64,000 nt of DNA from Peribolospora baueri (Eukaryota). The stretch lies in contig JAMDHS010000016.1 of the NCBI GenBank assembly GCA_029717555.1, positions 1 to 64,000 of the forward strand, written 5' to 3'. The position numbers were made by a program, and so were the translations under genes. The notes beneath the pieces are model-generated. The model was given only the letters and a program-made list of their open reading frames with translations. It made no database searches and was not told the DNA's origin. Position 1 is the stretch's first letter. Every line of letters begins with the position of its first letter. This document shows positions 12,442 through 26,772 of this stretch, in pieces.

Positions 12442-13528
12442 ATGTCCTCCTTTTTGTACGATGACCCAGATTACTCAGAACCGTCCTCAAGCTCGGGCCA
12501 TGACGTGGCCAAGCTGATACGGGCTTGGACAAACGAGAGGGGCGCGCCCGAGTTGCTGCCTTTCGAGGCGCAGGTGGTGGATTCCGTGGCAGCCATGTTG
12601 GAGGAGCAGCAGGTGTGTCGACCGTTTCTTCCGTGATGTGGTCTTGTCGGATTCTTGTTTTGTTGCTTTCTACTTTGTCTCATTATATGTCAGCGACCTT
12701 TATTGCATGATCCCTGGTCGGCCCGCGCGGCAGAACGATATCCTCGGTGTGCTCTCCGGAGATGACGCAACTTCGGACGAAGAGCACTTCCGCCTTATGC
12801 TTGTGCAGATGGACATGGAGAGGGCAAAGTACGTGCTTGGCAGTTATCTCCGAACTCGATTATCAAAGGTAAGCGTGCCCTTTCCAGTATGCCGTAACGT
12901 CGAACGAGTGGCTTCCTTACTCTCACTGCCACTCTATTTTACCCCTTTTCCTTTGGCGCCCGCGCCCCTAATCCCACCTCGCCGGCAAGATCGAACGCCA
13001 CGCCCTCTACGTTCTATCCGATCCCTCTTCTCAAAGCCGACTCGCCAACCTGGAGCTGAATTACGCCAAGCGGTACAACGCGCTCATCTCGCGCCACTTC
13101 CATGCCTCCGTGCTCGACAGCCTCCCGCCAAACATGAGGAGTCTAGACGATCCGAGCGGAGGGGGCGGCGTCGTCGGCGGCATGGGTAAGTAAAGTTATT
13201 GTTCGCTTGCTTGTTGCTCTAAATCAGTCCGTACTGTACGAATGTCGCTGACATGCTCCGAACCCAGTCTCGCAGCCTGACCTCGACCAAGCCGTGTTCG
13301 TACGCGCCCGAAGAGACTGCGGCGAGGTGGGATTACAGGAGTGAGTGACGTTCCCGTCAGTGGCGGTTAATCAGTGTCCATCTCCAGCGGAGTTTGTCTC
13401 ATCTTCTCTCCTTGTCTGGCCCACCTCTCAGCGGCTCCACTGCCTCCCTTAACCGAGGGACGATCCACTTTCTCCGATATCGGTCGATACGGCTTCTCCT
13501 TCAGAGCAACGCGGTGGAATTGCTTTGA
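12442..13528 (+). CDS. SLD5: GINS complex subunit Sld5, multi-exon
   Basis: Motifs LIRAWTNERGAPELLPF, MDMERAKYVLGSYLRTRLSKIE, PDLDQAVFVRA and the C-terminal IHFLRYRSIRLLLQSNAVELL* after splicing. Confidence 0.9.
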
Positions 13529-14046
13529 GGACCATGTCGCCCGTGCGCAGCGACAGGAGAGCAATAAATTGCACATCTACATTACTACAATCCTAGGTCA
13601 CGGAGCATCGAAGCCGGCGGTCAGTCACCTTGACCTCTACATGTACGGGGGGGGGGGGTGAAACGCGCTCCCTGTTCTGAGCTTCGGAGTGCAGCCGAGC
13701 ATGACGACTCGGCGTCACCGAATTATCGGGATACTGTCATGCAGACAGACACGAGCGGAGGCGGCAGAGGAAGCGCAGCCTGTTGTCCATCTCCTGATTG
13801 AACCTCTCCAGAGGTCGACGGCACCGCACAGGCATTGGCATCGGAAGCGTCCATCGGGACGACGAAGCGTTGGCTAAGGATGCTCGCAATGCCAAAGGAT
13901 CGGTGTTGAAAGGGCTAGTAGCGAGGCGAAGAGGAGGTTGCACTGGCCAGCAGCAGCATAGACTCAAGAGTCCGAGCCGAACAGCTCCTGCGACGGTCAG
14001 GCCCGTAAGTTGTTGGGTGATGAACTCAACGCATCACGTCTTGTAA

Positions 14047-14805
14047 TCATTCCACGATTTCCATGTCATCCTCTTGTTCCTCGTTTCCTTGGCCTACCCC
14101 ATTAGTCGCCTTCTCATCGAGGTGAGCAAGAGCACTGAAACGACTATGTCTACCAATCGCATACGACGACGGAGAGGAGGCAGGCGATGCCCGCTTGGCA
14201 TCGGCGAGAGCGTGGCGAATGAATCGGTTCGCGGCGGGTTTGTCCACCGACGTCTTGGCTGCTCAAAAGTCGCACAGACGGCGGTCAGAGCGTAAAAATT
14301 AAATCGAGCGTCAGAGGAGATCCTGTGCGAGAAAAATGTCGGAAGGGGACCGACTCACGCATTTCGGGGCCTTTCTCCGCCTGTTTGAGCTTGGCGAAGT
14401 ACCCTTTTACGCGATCAAGCTCTCCGACAACGGGGTGCGTGGAGGGTTCAATGCCGCGTGTCCTTAGATAGACTGTCGGCGAGGAAAGTTGTGTCAGGCT
14501 CGCATCAATGCCTAAGGCTGGCCACCTTTGAACGAGGAACACTCACTCCACACGAGGTCCTGAATCGTATATGCAAGTAGTACCTCCAGCCTTGCTTCCT
14601 CTAACAATGACCGCCGCCTACGGTCGCCGTTGGCGCTCCCGCCCGTCCCTTCCTCGTCGTCGCCGCCATCTTCCGCTCGTCTTCGCAGTGCGGCTAGCAA
14701 GTCCTCAAAAGGACGAGCGCGCAAAGGGTCAAGTGTGTCGGAGAGAGCGGAGAGAGACTCGGATAGCAGCTCTAGATTCGCTTTGGGATCGGTAGAAGAG
14801 TCCAT
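14047..14805 (-). CDS. LRP1: Exosome cofactor C1D/Rrp47 (Sas10/Utp3/C1D family), 3 exons
   Basis: Motifs EEARLEVLLAYTIQDLVW, YLRTRGIEPSTHPVVGELDRVKGYFAKLK and DKPAANRFIRHALA. Confidence 0.85.
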
Positions 14806-15152
14806 CTTGAGCGGTGGGGGGCTTCAGATCACTGCTCGTCGTGGAAGACCGAGAAGAGGGGAGGCGAAGGAAAGCTCTGGCCGCAGCCGATTGTCTAGGC
14901 ATGTGGCTGCGGACAACACATGCTAACCCAGCTTGTAATGGACCGGATAATGATATTTACGCCTTTTGAAGCCAGCGGGCGATTTAAAACATGTCTCTGA
15001 CTCGGGCGTACGGTTGTATCTGTCATGAATGCCTTTGAGAGCGATCTTTGAGTGTGATACGATTGATACATAACCTCCAGCGCTCTCCCGTCCTATGATC
15101 GCCCCTAGGTCTGCTGTAATTGCACACCGTCCGCTGTAGCTGTGCGAGTGCC

Positions 15153-17766
15153 ATGGTCGCTCTCGAAATGGCGGCAGCGTCAGCCGCGATGCCGGGCACG
15201 GGTGCGCTGATCTACGACGCTTGCAAGCCGCTCATCAAGCTCATCCTAACGACGTGAGTGCCCGCGCCGCGCAGTGGAAAAGCTCGGCAACGCTCACCAG
15301 CTATGTGTTTCGCCCGTCCTTCGTTTGCTCGGGTTGCGTGTCATCTTAACAGTCTGACCGGCCTAGGCCTGGCGAAGAATGGCCTCCTTCCGAGCGCCGG
15401 CATTAAGGGCATATCCCAAGTCATCCTCAACATAACCCTCCCTTCTCTCCTGTTCAGCAAGATCGTCCCCGCCTTCACACCTCAGAATGTGTCCGCTATT
15501 GGGGTGAGTGAGGGAGGATAAGGACGGACGGTCGATTTTGACTTGTCGCCGCTCTCCTCGCTAATCTCGCCTTCCACCTTCCTATCAGCCCCTTGTCCTC
15601 GTGGCCCTCATTTACGAGAGTCTCGGCCTTCTTTTCGGCCTCCTCGTCCGAGCCATATTTCCGCTTCCTCGCACCTTTCGAAATGGCGTTCTCGTCGCCG
15701 CTATCTGGAGCAACTGGGGAGACTTGCCCACCAGCGTCATCATGACCCTTACCGCTAGCCAGCCGTTCAACTCGGCAACGGATAGTTCCATCGCGTGAGT
15801 GGTCAGTTGCAGAGTTCCGGGTATGGACAGCTCTGGATAGCTCCGGTCTGATGGCGGCTCTGACGATCTTGTCCATGCGCTGGCTTATTCTCGTCTCGAC
15901 GTAGCATCGCCTACGTGTCCATCTTCATCCTCGTGTTCTACGTAAGCCTCTGCTTGTAAGTCTCTAATCCGAGTCTTAAATCTCACGCTGAGCCGCTCCT
16001 GCGAATCTCCTCTTTTGATGCTTTATAGATAACCCTTTTCCCGCTTGGAGGTGTCCACCTGATCGCAATGGACTACACGCAGGCCAACTTGGCCAAACGA
16101 GACCGAGAGGAGGACGCAGGAGGATGGGGGAAAGTCTCGTGGACGGAGCGCAGCGGCGTCGCTCGTTTCAAAACGTGGTGGCGGACTCTTCCGGCGTCAA
16201 TGGAGTTTAGGCGCTGGAGGTGCCAGAATGAAGGCAACGCGCAAGCGGACCAAGAGAAAGTACTAGCGGCCTTACCAGCGCGGCTCTCGATGAAGCATAG
16301 GACGGCACATACCGATAGCGTTAAGGAGGAACGTCCCTCTTCATATAACCTGCAGTCACCCAGCGTCTCTGCAACACCCACGCTTCATTCGCCTTCGTCC
16401 GGCTCGCCCCAGCCAGCGCCCGTTTACATTGCTCCGACGGTGAGCGGCGCGATGCCCACGCTAGGGCAGGCTGGTTTGGAGCTCCGGCCCATGACTTCAA
16501 ACCGATCTGGTCGCAGTATCGCATCCTTGTCGGTAAAGGAGGCAGCTGGGGCGGCCGCCGCAGCTCCTATTCGACGTACTAGAACTGGAAGCAGCTCACG
16601 GCAGCGGCGTCGGCGTAGCTCAGGGTACAGTGGGGCATCAGGCCTTTCGAGGCTGGCCTGGAAGCAGGAGCTGGTCGAGGAAAACGGCGCGGTTAGTAGG
16701 AAAGACAAGGAGAGACTCGCAGTTATCGCCAGTGCTCGCCCTTCACCAGAAGTGAGCGTAGAAGACGTAGGCGCCGTGGGAGCTGGCACGTCACTGGCTG
16801 TGGGAGAGAGCGCCGTGGCCGATTCTGAGGAGGACGATGACGCCAGCTCGGAAGCAGGTTCTAGCCGTCGTCAGCCGACGTCGTTCACCTCCCAACAAGC
16901 AGCTCGCGTCCACCCCGGAGACCACGATCCCGCTGTCGGCCGCACCTTCCGCCTCCGTCAAATGTTGTACAAATTCGTCCTCTCGCTCCTCACTCCCCCA
17001 ACCATCTCCCTCGTCCTCGCTCTTATTATCGCACTTGTCTCGCCCCTCAAAGCCCTCTTTGTCCTCCCTACCGACCCACACGCCTCCTTTAACCCCACCG
17101 CGCCGGACAACCAACCGCCTCTGTCCGTCCTTCTTGACACGGCCACTTTCCTTGGCGCCGCCTCAGTTCCGCTTGGACTCATCGTACTCGGAGCATCCCT
17201 TTCACGGTTGCACATTCCTCGCCCCATATCGAGACTACCACTGCTGTCCATCGTCAGCTTGGCGCTCGCAAAGATGGTGGTACTGCCTGTCTTAGGGGTT
17301 CTTATGGTTGACGCAATGACGAGGAGTGGGATCATTGCGGAGGGAAACAAGGTATTACGTTTTGTCTGCATCTTCTTCAGTGAGTGATCTTGATCTTTCT
17401 CGTCGGTCTTCCTTCATGCCGTTCGCATCCTTTTCCTTCATTCAACGCCGATTTGTTCCATTGTTCCATTCATCAATAGGCTGCGTACCGACGGCGACAA
17501 CGCAAGTATACATTAATCAGCTCGTTGTTCCCGAGGGAGAGGAAAAGGCCACGGAAACGTTAGGGGCGTATTTGATCGTCGTGAGTCGTCGCACTCTTTC
17601 GTCTATGTGGATCCCTTTCTCTCTCTCGACGGCCCTCCTCTACTTGGAGACTGAGCATGTTCAACACATTCCCTGTGATTCTTGCTTTCGTCTCGTGCAG
17701 CAATACGCGGTGGCTATCTTTGCTATCCCCATCCTCACCGCTTACACTCTCAGCATCCTTTTCTAG
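15153..17766 (+). CDS. Auxin efflux carrier-like membrane transporter (Mem_trans/ECM3-like), multi-exon
   Basis: Motifs NITLPSLLFSKI, SNWGDLP, LDTATFLGAASVPLGLIVLG and CVPTATTQV; two hydrophobic halves split by a long hydrophilic loop. Confidence 0.85.
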
Positions 17767-18230
17767 ATCGCGCTCACCCTGCATGCCCTCTCACCACTTT
17801 CGCCTAGCTCGCACATTCAGCGTCCTGCTTATCTTAACGGCTTTATTTGCATTCAGTTCTCGCATTCACGTCACTGATTATGTATCGCTATCTTATTTCC
17901 TTGTCCGTTCTTGGCGAGTAAATAAATCATAGACGTTTGAGTGGCATTATCGGGAGCGGCACGTGTCAATTGAGAAGGCTTCGCGACAGATTGATTGATT
18001 GAATCTGCTTAAGAGTCCAAACGTAGGACTCTCTGGATGGCGTCTGGTTCGCTAGAAGGCGACTGAGTAAGACGACGTCAAGCTTCGGGTGAGGTACAGC
18101 AAATGGTGGTCAACAGGCCTTCGCAAACTGCCGTTGGCCAGGCACCATTATTGCCGCAGCACCTCGCCTCGGTCCAAGTCGCAACGTCGATCCTGGCCGA
18201 GCTCTCAAACCGTCCAAGGCATCCTCGACG

Positions 18231-20175
18231 ATGCAGGCTTCGAGCGCTTCGACTTCTGCGGCTCCGTCTGGGTACGCGACGCCCACCAACGCTTTCGGCC
18301 CTTCTTCCCTCACTGGACAGCAGCCACCCACGACTCGATCTCGGACGCTGCTCTTCCTCTCCTATCGCGACTCCGTACCTCGCGCCTCGAGGACTTCTTA
18401 TCCACCCAGGCAATTCAGGCCTTTGGTTCGAGATGAGGCCCAGCAAGGGAAGGGAATAGGGAAGAGGAAGGGGAAAGGTCGGTATGATGGGGATGCGGAG
18501 GAGAGGGCGGGTCTGATGGAAGACATGGGAGAGGACGGGAATGATGCCGTGGGAGGAGGCGATGTTACTTTGGAGATGGACACCTTACCGCCGAAATGGT
18601 GCGTCGACGGTGTGCATTTGGCGATGCGCCACCCCGTTTTCTTGCTCAGGGTCTCTCCTGGAGACAATCTACCGTCTGGTCGAAGCCTTGACATTCCTGC
18701 ACGTACCTTTCCTTCTTCCACCCGCCTTCGTTCTAGGGTCGACGTGTCGGATCAGGTCGAGGACAACTTGACCCACGTCAGGCCAATGAGTGCGTCCGGT
18801 TCACTTGAATTCCTTTTTTAGCTATGGGTGCTCTTCGAAGCTCTAAACTTTCTGTTTGTCTCCCTTTGCCAGTGGCCCGGCTGGACAAGCTACACGCCAA
18901 GCACCTCTTACCTGGCTTCACCGATCGATCGGCTGAGGAGAAAGAGATTGAACGTCTCGCGGACCAGATTACCAAGGTGCGCGTCGCTTTGTCCCAATCT
19001 TGCAAAGCTTCGGCACGCTCAAGCTTTCCTCTTTTGCGTCGCTGAATTTTTAGAACTTCATCAACTCGCAAGCACTCATCCGCAAGCTCTCCGCGCAAAC
19101 GGCCTCTATGATTCGCAGTGGGGAGGCCACCCAGAGGGACGTTCGTATGGCTCGCAACGTGCAGACGGCCTTGGCCATCAAGGTGCAGGAGGCCAGTACG
19201 TTGTTCCGGAAGAAGCAGACTGTCTATATGCAGAGTGAGTGGCCGGCCTTTGTTGTCATCGTATTACCGTTATTTCTCTAAACCTTTTGTCGGGCATGGC
19301 ACTATTTGCGGTGCCACGATGTCCTACGTCTATCAGAACTGCGAGGGCACGATATTCGACACCAGGACTTGCTTGCTGCATCCGGCCAACTACAATTGAA
19401 GGACTCGTACGCGGCCGTTGAGGAGGATATGAAGATGGTGAGCCTGGCGAAAGCCATTCTTCCTTGTTGTGCTTGCGTCACCGTCTGGTTCTGAGCTGAT
19501 AAATCGCACGAAGTCCCGAAACCTCGCATCGCAGTCGCAAGCCTTCCTTCTAGAGGAAGAAAACTCTACCTCACAAGACGCAGAGATCCGTCAACGCGAC
19601 CGCGAGATCACCGAAATCGCCCGGAGCATCAGCGAGCTGGCTGAGCTGTTCAAGGACCTCAGCAACCTCGTCATTGATCAGGGTACTATGCTTGATCGCA
19701 TAGACTATAATATTGAGACACTCAGCGCAAACGTGGAGGAAGCGGTCAAGGAGCTGGAAGTTGCGGAAAAGTGAGTTAGTTGCTCGATCTTTTTCCTTTA
19801 TGATTTTCCGCCTGTTGGCGTGGAGGAAAACAGTTACACATCACTCGCTCTTCTCCGGCCGCTCGCGACAGGTACCAACGCTCAACGGGCAAGCGGAAAT
19901 GCATTTTCCTCCTCCTCCTGCTCATTTTGCTCTGTGTCGTCATCCTCATTCTCAAGCCTTTCGTCGTCTCTCGATCATCATCGGCATCTCCGCCATCTCC
20001 AACACACGCAGTTGAGCCGTCAATTGCGGCATTATCGCCCAGATCAACAACGTTTTCGGAAGGCATCGTTCAAAGAGAATGGAGATCTATGTCTGTATCG
20101 GCGCTTTCCGAAAGGCGAAGGGTACGAAGGAGTGAAGCTGCATCCGCCTCTCGGGTGAGGAGACGATGGGCATAG
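18231..20175 (+). CDS. TLG2: Syntaxin-16/Tlg2 t-SNARE, multi-exon
   Basis: N-peptide TRSRTLLFLSYRDS, then LPPKWVD, LHAKHLLPGF and the SNARE motif RDREITEIARSISELAELFKDLSNLVIDQGTMLDRIDYNIE; C-terminal TM plus lumenal tail. Confidence 0.9.
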
Positions 20176-20741
20176 AAATGGGAGCTATGGGATTGCAAGT
20201 TCGTCGCGGTGGGACGAAGTGCCAGTGGCGCGCTAGAGCCGGAAGCTTCTGGTCGCAATATCTTAGGTCGCTTTCGATATGCGTGTTTGTTAGATACCCT
20301 TCGGCATCGTTGTCTTTTTGGATTCACCTCCGCGCTGTGAATGTTCTGCCTGTCGAGGTCATTCGAGCGTTCATGTTACTACCCTGGACAAAAAGGTCAT
20401 TGACATGCCACAGCGGCACTGTCAACCACACAACGTCGGACGATGACGTTTCGCATCAATCGTGATTTCACATACAACCTCGCCACAGACGGTGGCCATA
20501 CCGTGGGAATTTGGGTCGACGCCCGAGCCCATGTACTATCATTGCTCCCACGCTCCTTCCGGATGAATACATACCACACCCTCTCAAGTCATATTAATAT
20601 CCAAATTACACATCCACCACACCACTCATTCTGAGCCTCAAAGGTGCAAGCTTTACCCCTCTACATTCCCTCTCTGTACCGTTGTATCATTTCTCTCTCT
20701 TTTGCGTTTGCTGTCGTCGTGCATCTTCGTTTTTTGCTACC

Positions 20742-23700
20742 ATGGGTGAGCCGCGATCGGTGCGGATAGCTATCGGTGGCGGGAGGGCGAGCTGACCTGT
20801 TCGCACGGTTCCGGATGCTCGCCATGTTTGCTCAACGAAGGTATTCCGAAGGTAAACACTACATGCTTCTGATCCTGAGCCGCTGCCTGTTCTTGTCAAG
20901 TGTGGAACATGTTGGCTGATGATGGTTATGGTGCGATGGATGGATCGCGTCCTTGCTCCCCGGACTCCAGTTCTTCCGCTTCATGTCGTGAGTACCGCTG
21001 ACGCCGTGGCTGCTAAGGATGTCCCCGATGACATTATCAATTACTCACTTCCTGTATTGACGTTGTCTCTGCTACCAGGGAGCGGTACCCGCTCATTAGC
21101 CAGTTGGTTGAAGAGAACAAGATACCGGAGTTCGGTGCGTGTTGGCTGGCCGCGCGTTCGCGTAGCCAATGCTTGTGTGTGGTCCGACTGGTGCTTCGGC
21201 TCATTCTTTTCTCCCTCTTTATCCTCGCAGACAACCTGTATCTCGACATGAACGGCATTATCCATCACTGCTCTCATCCCAACGACGGAGACGCTCATTT
21301 CCGCATCACCGAAGAACAGATCTTTCTCGCCATCTTTTCGTACATCGAGCACCTATTCGCAAAGATCAAGCCCAAAAAATTCTTTTTTCTTGCTGTGGAC
21401 GGCGTTGCACCCCGTGCGAAGATGAACCAGCAGAGGAGTAGGAGATTCCGGACGGCTAAGGAGGCCAAGGATTTGAGGGAGAAGGCCGAGAGGAGAGGAG
21501 AGGATTTGCCTAAAGAAGCGGCTTTTGACTCCAACTGTATCACTCCAGGTGCGCTTCCAAATGCTATAGTTTGGCAGTCAGTGGCGGTCACCTGATTATT
21601 CGTCTGTTCTTTCTTTCCGTTGAACGTTCCCGGTCGGGTGATGCAGGCACGCCATTCATGGCGCGCTTGTCGGAGCAGTTGAAATATTTCATAAACAAGA
21701 AAGTATCGGAGGACTCGAACTGGAGGGAGGTTGAGGTGGTTTTGTCAGGACATGACGTGAGTTCCGGTTTGTTTCGGCTTTTTTTGTTACTTCAATCATT
21801 TCTGATCCGAATTTACTTCCAATTTGCCGCGATGAATGCACGTTCAGGTGCCGGGAGAAGGAGAGCATAAGATTATGGAATATATTCGTCTAGCGAAGGC
21901 GCAGCCCGACTACAACCCGAACGTCCGTCATTGCCTATACGGCCTCGATGCCGACCTCATCATGCTCGGCTTATTGAGCCACGATCCTCATTTTTGTCTG
22001 CTGCGAGAGGAGGTGACGTTCGGACCTGCTCGAAAGAAGGCCAAGCAAGGGTGATTTACAAATTTTTCTCGAAACTTGCTCATTCTGTCAGCGTCTGACT
22101 ATGTCCGGTCACGGTTTACCTGTCTCAGGTTTGACAAGCAGAGCTTCTATCTCCTGCACCTCTCGCTGCTCCGCGAATATTTGGATGCCGAGTTCGCGGC
22201 GCTGGCTGCGCCGGGCGCTCTGAGCTTCCCCTATGACTTGGAACGCATCATCGACGATTTCATCCTCATTAGCATATTCATCGGGAACGACTTCTTGCCG
22301 CATCTGCCTAACCTCCACGTCAATGAGGGTGGCCTTGACTTGCTCTTTGGCATCTACAAGCGGGTGATGCCGAAGACTGGTGAGTGGCAGTTTTTGTTTT
22401 ACCTGGGAGCTCAAAGTTCTTCCAGTTTGCCATGTTCATGCCCACCGTCACATCACTACCAGACGGCTACTTAAACGAGCGCGGCGTCCTGAATGTGCGA
22501 AGGTTGGCACTCATCTTGGAGGAACTTACGAAGTTCGAAAGAGACGAGTTCGAGAAGGAGAGCGCGGATACCAACTGGTTAAAGGCCAAGCAGGCCAGGT
22601 TCTCCAAACCAGCCAATGGTCGATCGCGCAAGGAACTTGGTGAGCCCAGTTATTCGTCCTCCTTTCCTTCTCAGCGCACTTTCTTAATTTTTGTTACTTT
22701 TCGATCCTCGCATCTGTGCAGTGCTTACACCGACGCAGAAGCAACACTTTGAGCAGGTCAAAGCTTTTGTCTTATCGCAGTCGAGAGCAAGGACCAGCAC
22801 GCTCCGGTTCCCGAATACCTATCCGGCCAGGGACCGCCGCTTTCTCCAGGACCTGGCTGATCAGCTCCGTCTACAAATCGCTTTCAACGAGTACGATCCT
22901 GCCGAGGATGAGACGTTCATTGAGCTAACGTCTAACTTATCGCTCATATCCAACGGAAACTCAAGTGACAGCGAAGGCGGAGGAAACCAGGAGAGAGAGG
23001 ACGACTCCGAATGGGAAGATGTGGATGCTAAGGAGAGCGAGGAGGCGATCAAACGGGTATTGAGCAAGTACGAGAATGCCAAGGTGGAGGACATGCCGAG
23101 CGAAGAGGAAATCGAAGAAGAGCATAAGAGGCGGGTGGATGAAAAGATTGTCGAGTGGAAGAAGGATTACTACAAGGTGCGTCTCTGCTTTTTATTGGTG
23201 ATTTTGTTATTCTTCTCTTGCATTTGCAGGCGGTTTGACTTGTTTCCTTGGTCATCCACAGGGGAAGATGGGGATTGATTACAACAACGAGGAGGAGATG
23301 CATAAGCTTAGCTATCGTTACGTAGAGGGCCTCCAGTGGGTCCTCCACTACTACTATGACGGCGTCGCTAGCTGGGGATGGTTCTACGACTACCACTACG
23401 CGCCCAAGATCTCTGATCTTCGTAACGTGGCGAAAATGACGTTCGACTTCGAGCTCGGCAAACCGTTCAGGCCGTTCGAGCAGCTCATGAGCGTCCTCCC
23501 CGAGGCTTCATCCCAGCTCATCCCGATGGCTTTCCGAGTGAGTCTGGTTGCGGGGCTACTCGCATGTTCTGCTGAAAGCTGATTGACGTTCGGACCGTAA
23601 ACGTGGTTTTGCTTGCTCCCTCCGCAGGACCTCATGTCCGATCCAAATTCGCCGATCATCGACTTCTATCCGCAAACGTTCGAGCAGGACTTGAACGGCA

Positions 23701-26466
23701 AGAAGCAAGACTGGGAGGCTGTCATCAAGATTCCATTCATTGACGAGCAGAGGTTGCTCAATACTCTGCGCGGTGAATGGGCTTTTCCCAGTTTGCCTAT
23801 TTGACCCGGTCACACTACTCAACGTCTCAACTCTTTGCATTCTCAGCTCGTTCTGGCTTGCTCAGCAAGGACGAGCAATTCAGGAACTCGTATGGCACAA
23901 GCACGAGGTTCATGCACGATCCGGAAAGCGACCATATCTATCCTTCGTCCCTTCCCGGCGTCTTCCCCGACATTGTCCATTGTCAATCGAGCATGGAACC
24001 GTTTGATCTGCCGACACTCAGTGGTCTGCATCTCGTCAAAGGCCTCTGCGAAGGTGTCTTACTTGGCTCCGACGCTCTAGCCGGCTTCCCGACGATGAAG
24101 ACTTTGCCGCACTTTGCTACTCTCGTCTTCCACGGTGTTAACGTCTTCCAGTCTGAAAGTAAACGGGAGACCATCGTGCTTACCATCACCAACGACAAGT
24201 ACGACAACGTAAAGATGGAGGACGTGGCCAAAGAGACCATCGGGAAGCGCACATTTACCAACTGGCCTTTCCTCCGCGAGGGCCTCGTCGTCGCAGTCAG
24301 CGACAACCTCTTCCGCTACGAGCAGACTCAGGTCGCCGGCGTATCCAAGATTGTCAACATCCCTCATCGCCCGGAAACTGTGAATAGCTTGAAGCGCAAG
24401 ACGGAATCAATTGAAAGGCTTTATTCCAAGCGCTTTGGTGTGATTATTGGAAGCGTAGAGGTCATCTTGCACGTCAGGCCTCTGAAGGGTGAGTTCGAGG
24501 AGGAACTTAGCGGTCTCGTGTGAAATCGATAGCTGATTGAAACCTTCGTCTTATTGTCAAATAGGCCTCAAAAGACTTGATGACGGATCTCTCGTCAAAG
24601 ACTACGAAAACAATCCTAATAATGAGATTGAACAGCCGTTGCAGCTTGCTGTCTTCGATGTGTCCTCAGAGGATAAGCGTTATTTGGTTCGTTCTTCGCC
24701 CTGTTTTTGCCAGTTTCGGATGTCTGCTGATACCAGGATCTTCCTATTTGCTTCTTGGCGGCTCTTATAGGAAAAGGCTGCCCTGTCTCTTCGGGAAGAG
24801 TATCCGGAGAAGACCCGCGTGTTCTTCCTCGGTCATAACGCTTATGGTACGCCAACCCAAGTCGTTGCCAATACTGATCATTCTCTCGCGATTGAAGTTG
24901 CCGTGAGTACAAATGTCGGCTTCAGCTGCTTTTCGTCAAGCCTTATCTGAACTTAACTGTTGGCCATAGTTCTTCCCAAACCAAGCACGGGAGAACAATG
25001 CTATCCGTCAAGTCGTCCTCCACCGAGCACGCGAGAACTATTTCCCGTCGTACATCATCTCCAAGCGCGTCGGCCTGTCGGGGCTCGCCCTGTCGAAGAT
25101 TACCTCCAGCATGATGATCATGCATGGTGACCATAAACTCAACTTCGGCCTCAATCTGAAGTTCGAGGCCAAGGGACAGAAGGTGTTGGGCTACAGCCGT
25201 AAGAGCGAGTCTGGCTGGGAGTTTAGCGACAAAGCAGTAGAGCTTATTCAGGAGTATAAGGTACGTGTTGGTCGGGCAAACCGCGTCTTTGCGCCGCGTG
25301 CGCCGACGTTTTTCTATCTCATGTATGACTTTTTTCAGCAATCTTTCCCTGAGATTGTTGACGCTCTTGCAAGGAACTACAAAGGTGTGTAGGTTTGACA
25401 GTCTAGCTCAAGATCTCTGAGATGAGTGACAAACTCTTCTTCATTCTTTTTTGTCTTGTAGACATCACCAGGGCTATCGACCTCTTCGGTAAAGACGTTG
25501 TCGACAAGAGGGTTGAGGAGGTCAAGGCGTGGATCAAGGAGAAGGGCGTCCGTGACTTGGACACAGTTCCGTTGTTCGCGGAGCAGCTCGATAGGGTGAG
25601 CGTGCAAGAGGTTCTTACCTTGACCCCAGATCGCTCCAGCCGGTTTACCTTCGGTACTCTTGCAGACCACCATCCAACAAGTCGAAGAGCTCACTAATCG
25701 CATATCGAGCAACAAAATGGCTCAGCAAATAAAGCGTGTCTTCATCAAGGGCATCCCTCGCACTGCGCTTCTCAAGCCGGAGCACGCAAAGTTCCGCCTG
25801 CAGAACCAGGCGTTTGCTCTCGGTGACAGGGTCATCATCGTTGAAGACTCTGGCAACGTCCCTCTCAGCGCCAAAGGGGTGGTCATCGGCATCAACTCGA
25901 CATCGATCGATATCGTTCTCGACGTGCCCTTCTTAGGTGGAACGACGCTGGGCGATCGCACCTCGCCGTATCGCGGCGCTACGGTCGGCTTTTCTGCCGT
26001 GCTCAACCTCTCCAATCCTCAGTACGCGGCCTGCACGACTCCCCCGCCTGCTTACAATCATTTGCAAGCAGCGACAGCGAACCCTCCAGCACCAGCTCGT
26101 GGCGGTTTCCAGGGGCGCGGACGTGGGAACACGTACCGCCCTCCAAATTTCTTCACACCAGCAGCTGGTCGCGGTCGCGGCGTGCCTCCGATGATTGCCC
26201 ATCCTGCAGTCGTGAAGCCAGCTCGTGCTCCGCCGGTGGCGAATCGCAACTTTGCCGCTGCCGCCCATGGTCGCGGTCGTCATGCCCCGGCCGTCGATGG
26301 CCCCGCGAACCACCAGGTTCAGCTTGCAGCGACGATCAACCAAGGTCAGACGCCTCGGCCTCCTCGTCCTGCTGCTGCTGGCCATATGCCAGCGCCTGGA
26401 TGGGGACGGGGTGGAATCCGTGGCGGTCGAGGGGGGTATGTCGGCCGGGGCGGAGGAGATGCATAA
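20742..26466 (+). CDS. XRN1: 5'-3' exoribonuclease Xrn1, many exons
   Basis: Spliced start MGIPKFFRFMSERYP, then [38 protein letters not shown] and [11 protein letters not shown]; Xrn1-type C-terminal domains and an RGG-rich tail. Confidence 0.95.
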
Positions 26467-26772
26467 AGGCCGAGGTGGCAGTCCTGCTCAGGCACCGAGA
26501 TTCGAAGCTGAGAAGGCTGTCTATGAATGACCCCTTTCCGGGTCAAGGCAAGCGACTCTTGTTTTCGTAATCGTCTAGTCGTCAAGATTTGGCGTGTTGA
26601 TTCCAGTGCGGGAAGAATTTCCGACTGGTCTTCCCCTCCTCGTATTGGATCTGTACATCTCTGGCTGTGATACGAAAATAGATTATCGTTGGTGTTATTG
26701 AGGGCAGGATCGCCCTGCTGAACGATACAGTATGCGTATGTGGACCTCTACAAAGCGCGCCTCCCCTTTCAT

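Noticed and set aside
13647..14046. Poly-G run, small hairpin and 76-aa ORF between SLD5 and LRP1
   Set aside because: No ATG-led convincing ORF or ncRNA boxes; most simply 3'UTR sequence.
19927..20175. Long lumenal tail after the TLG2 transmembrane helix
   Set aside because: A lumenal extension is already known for yeast Tlg2, so it is not novel.
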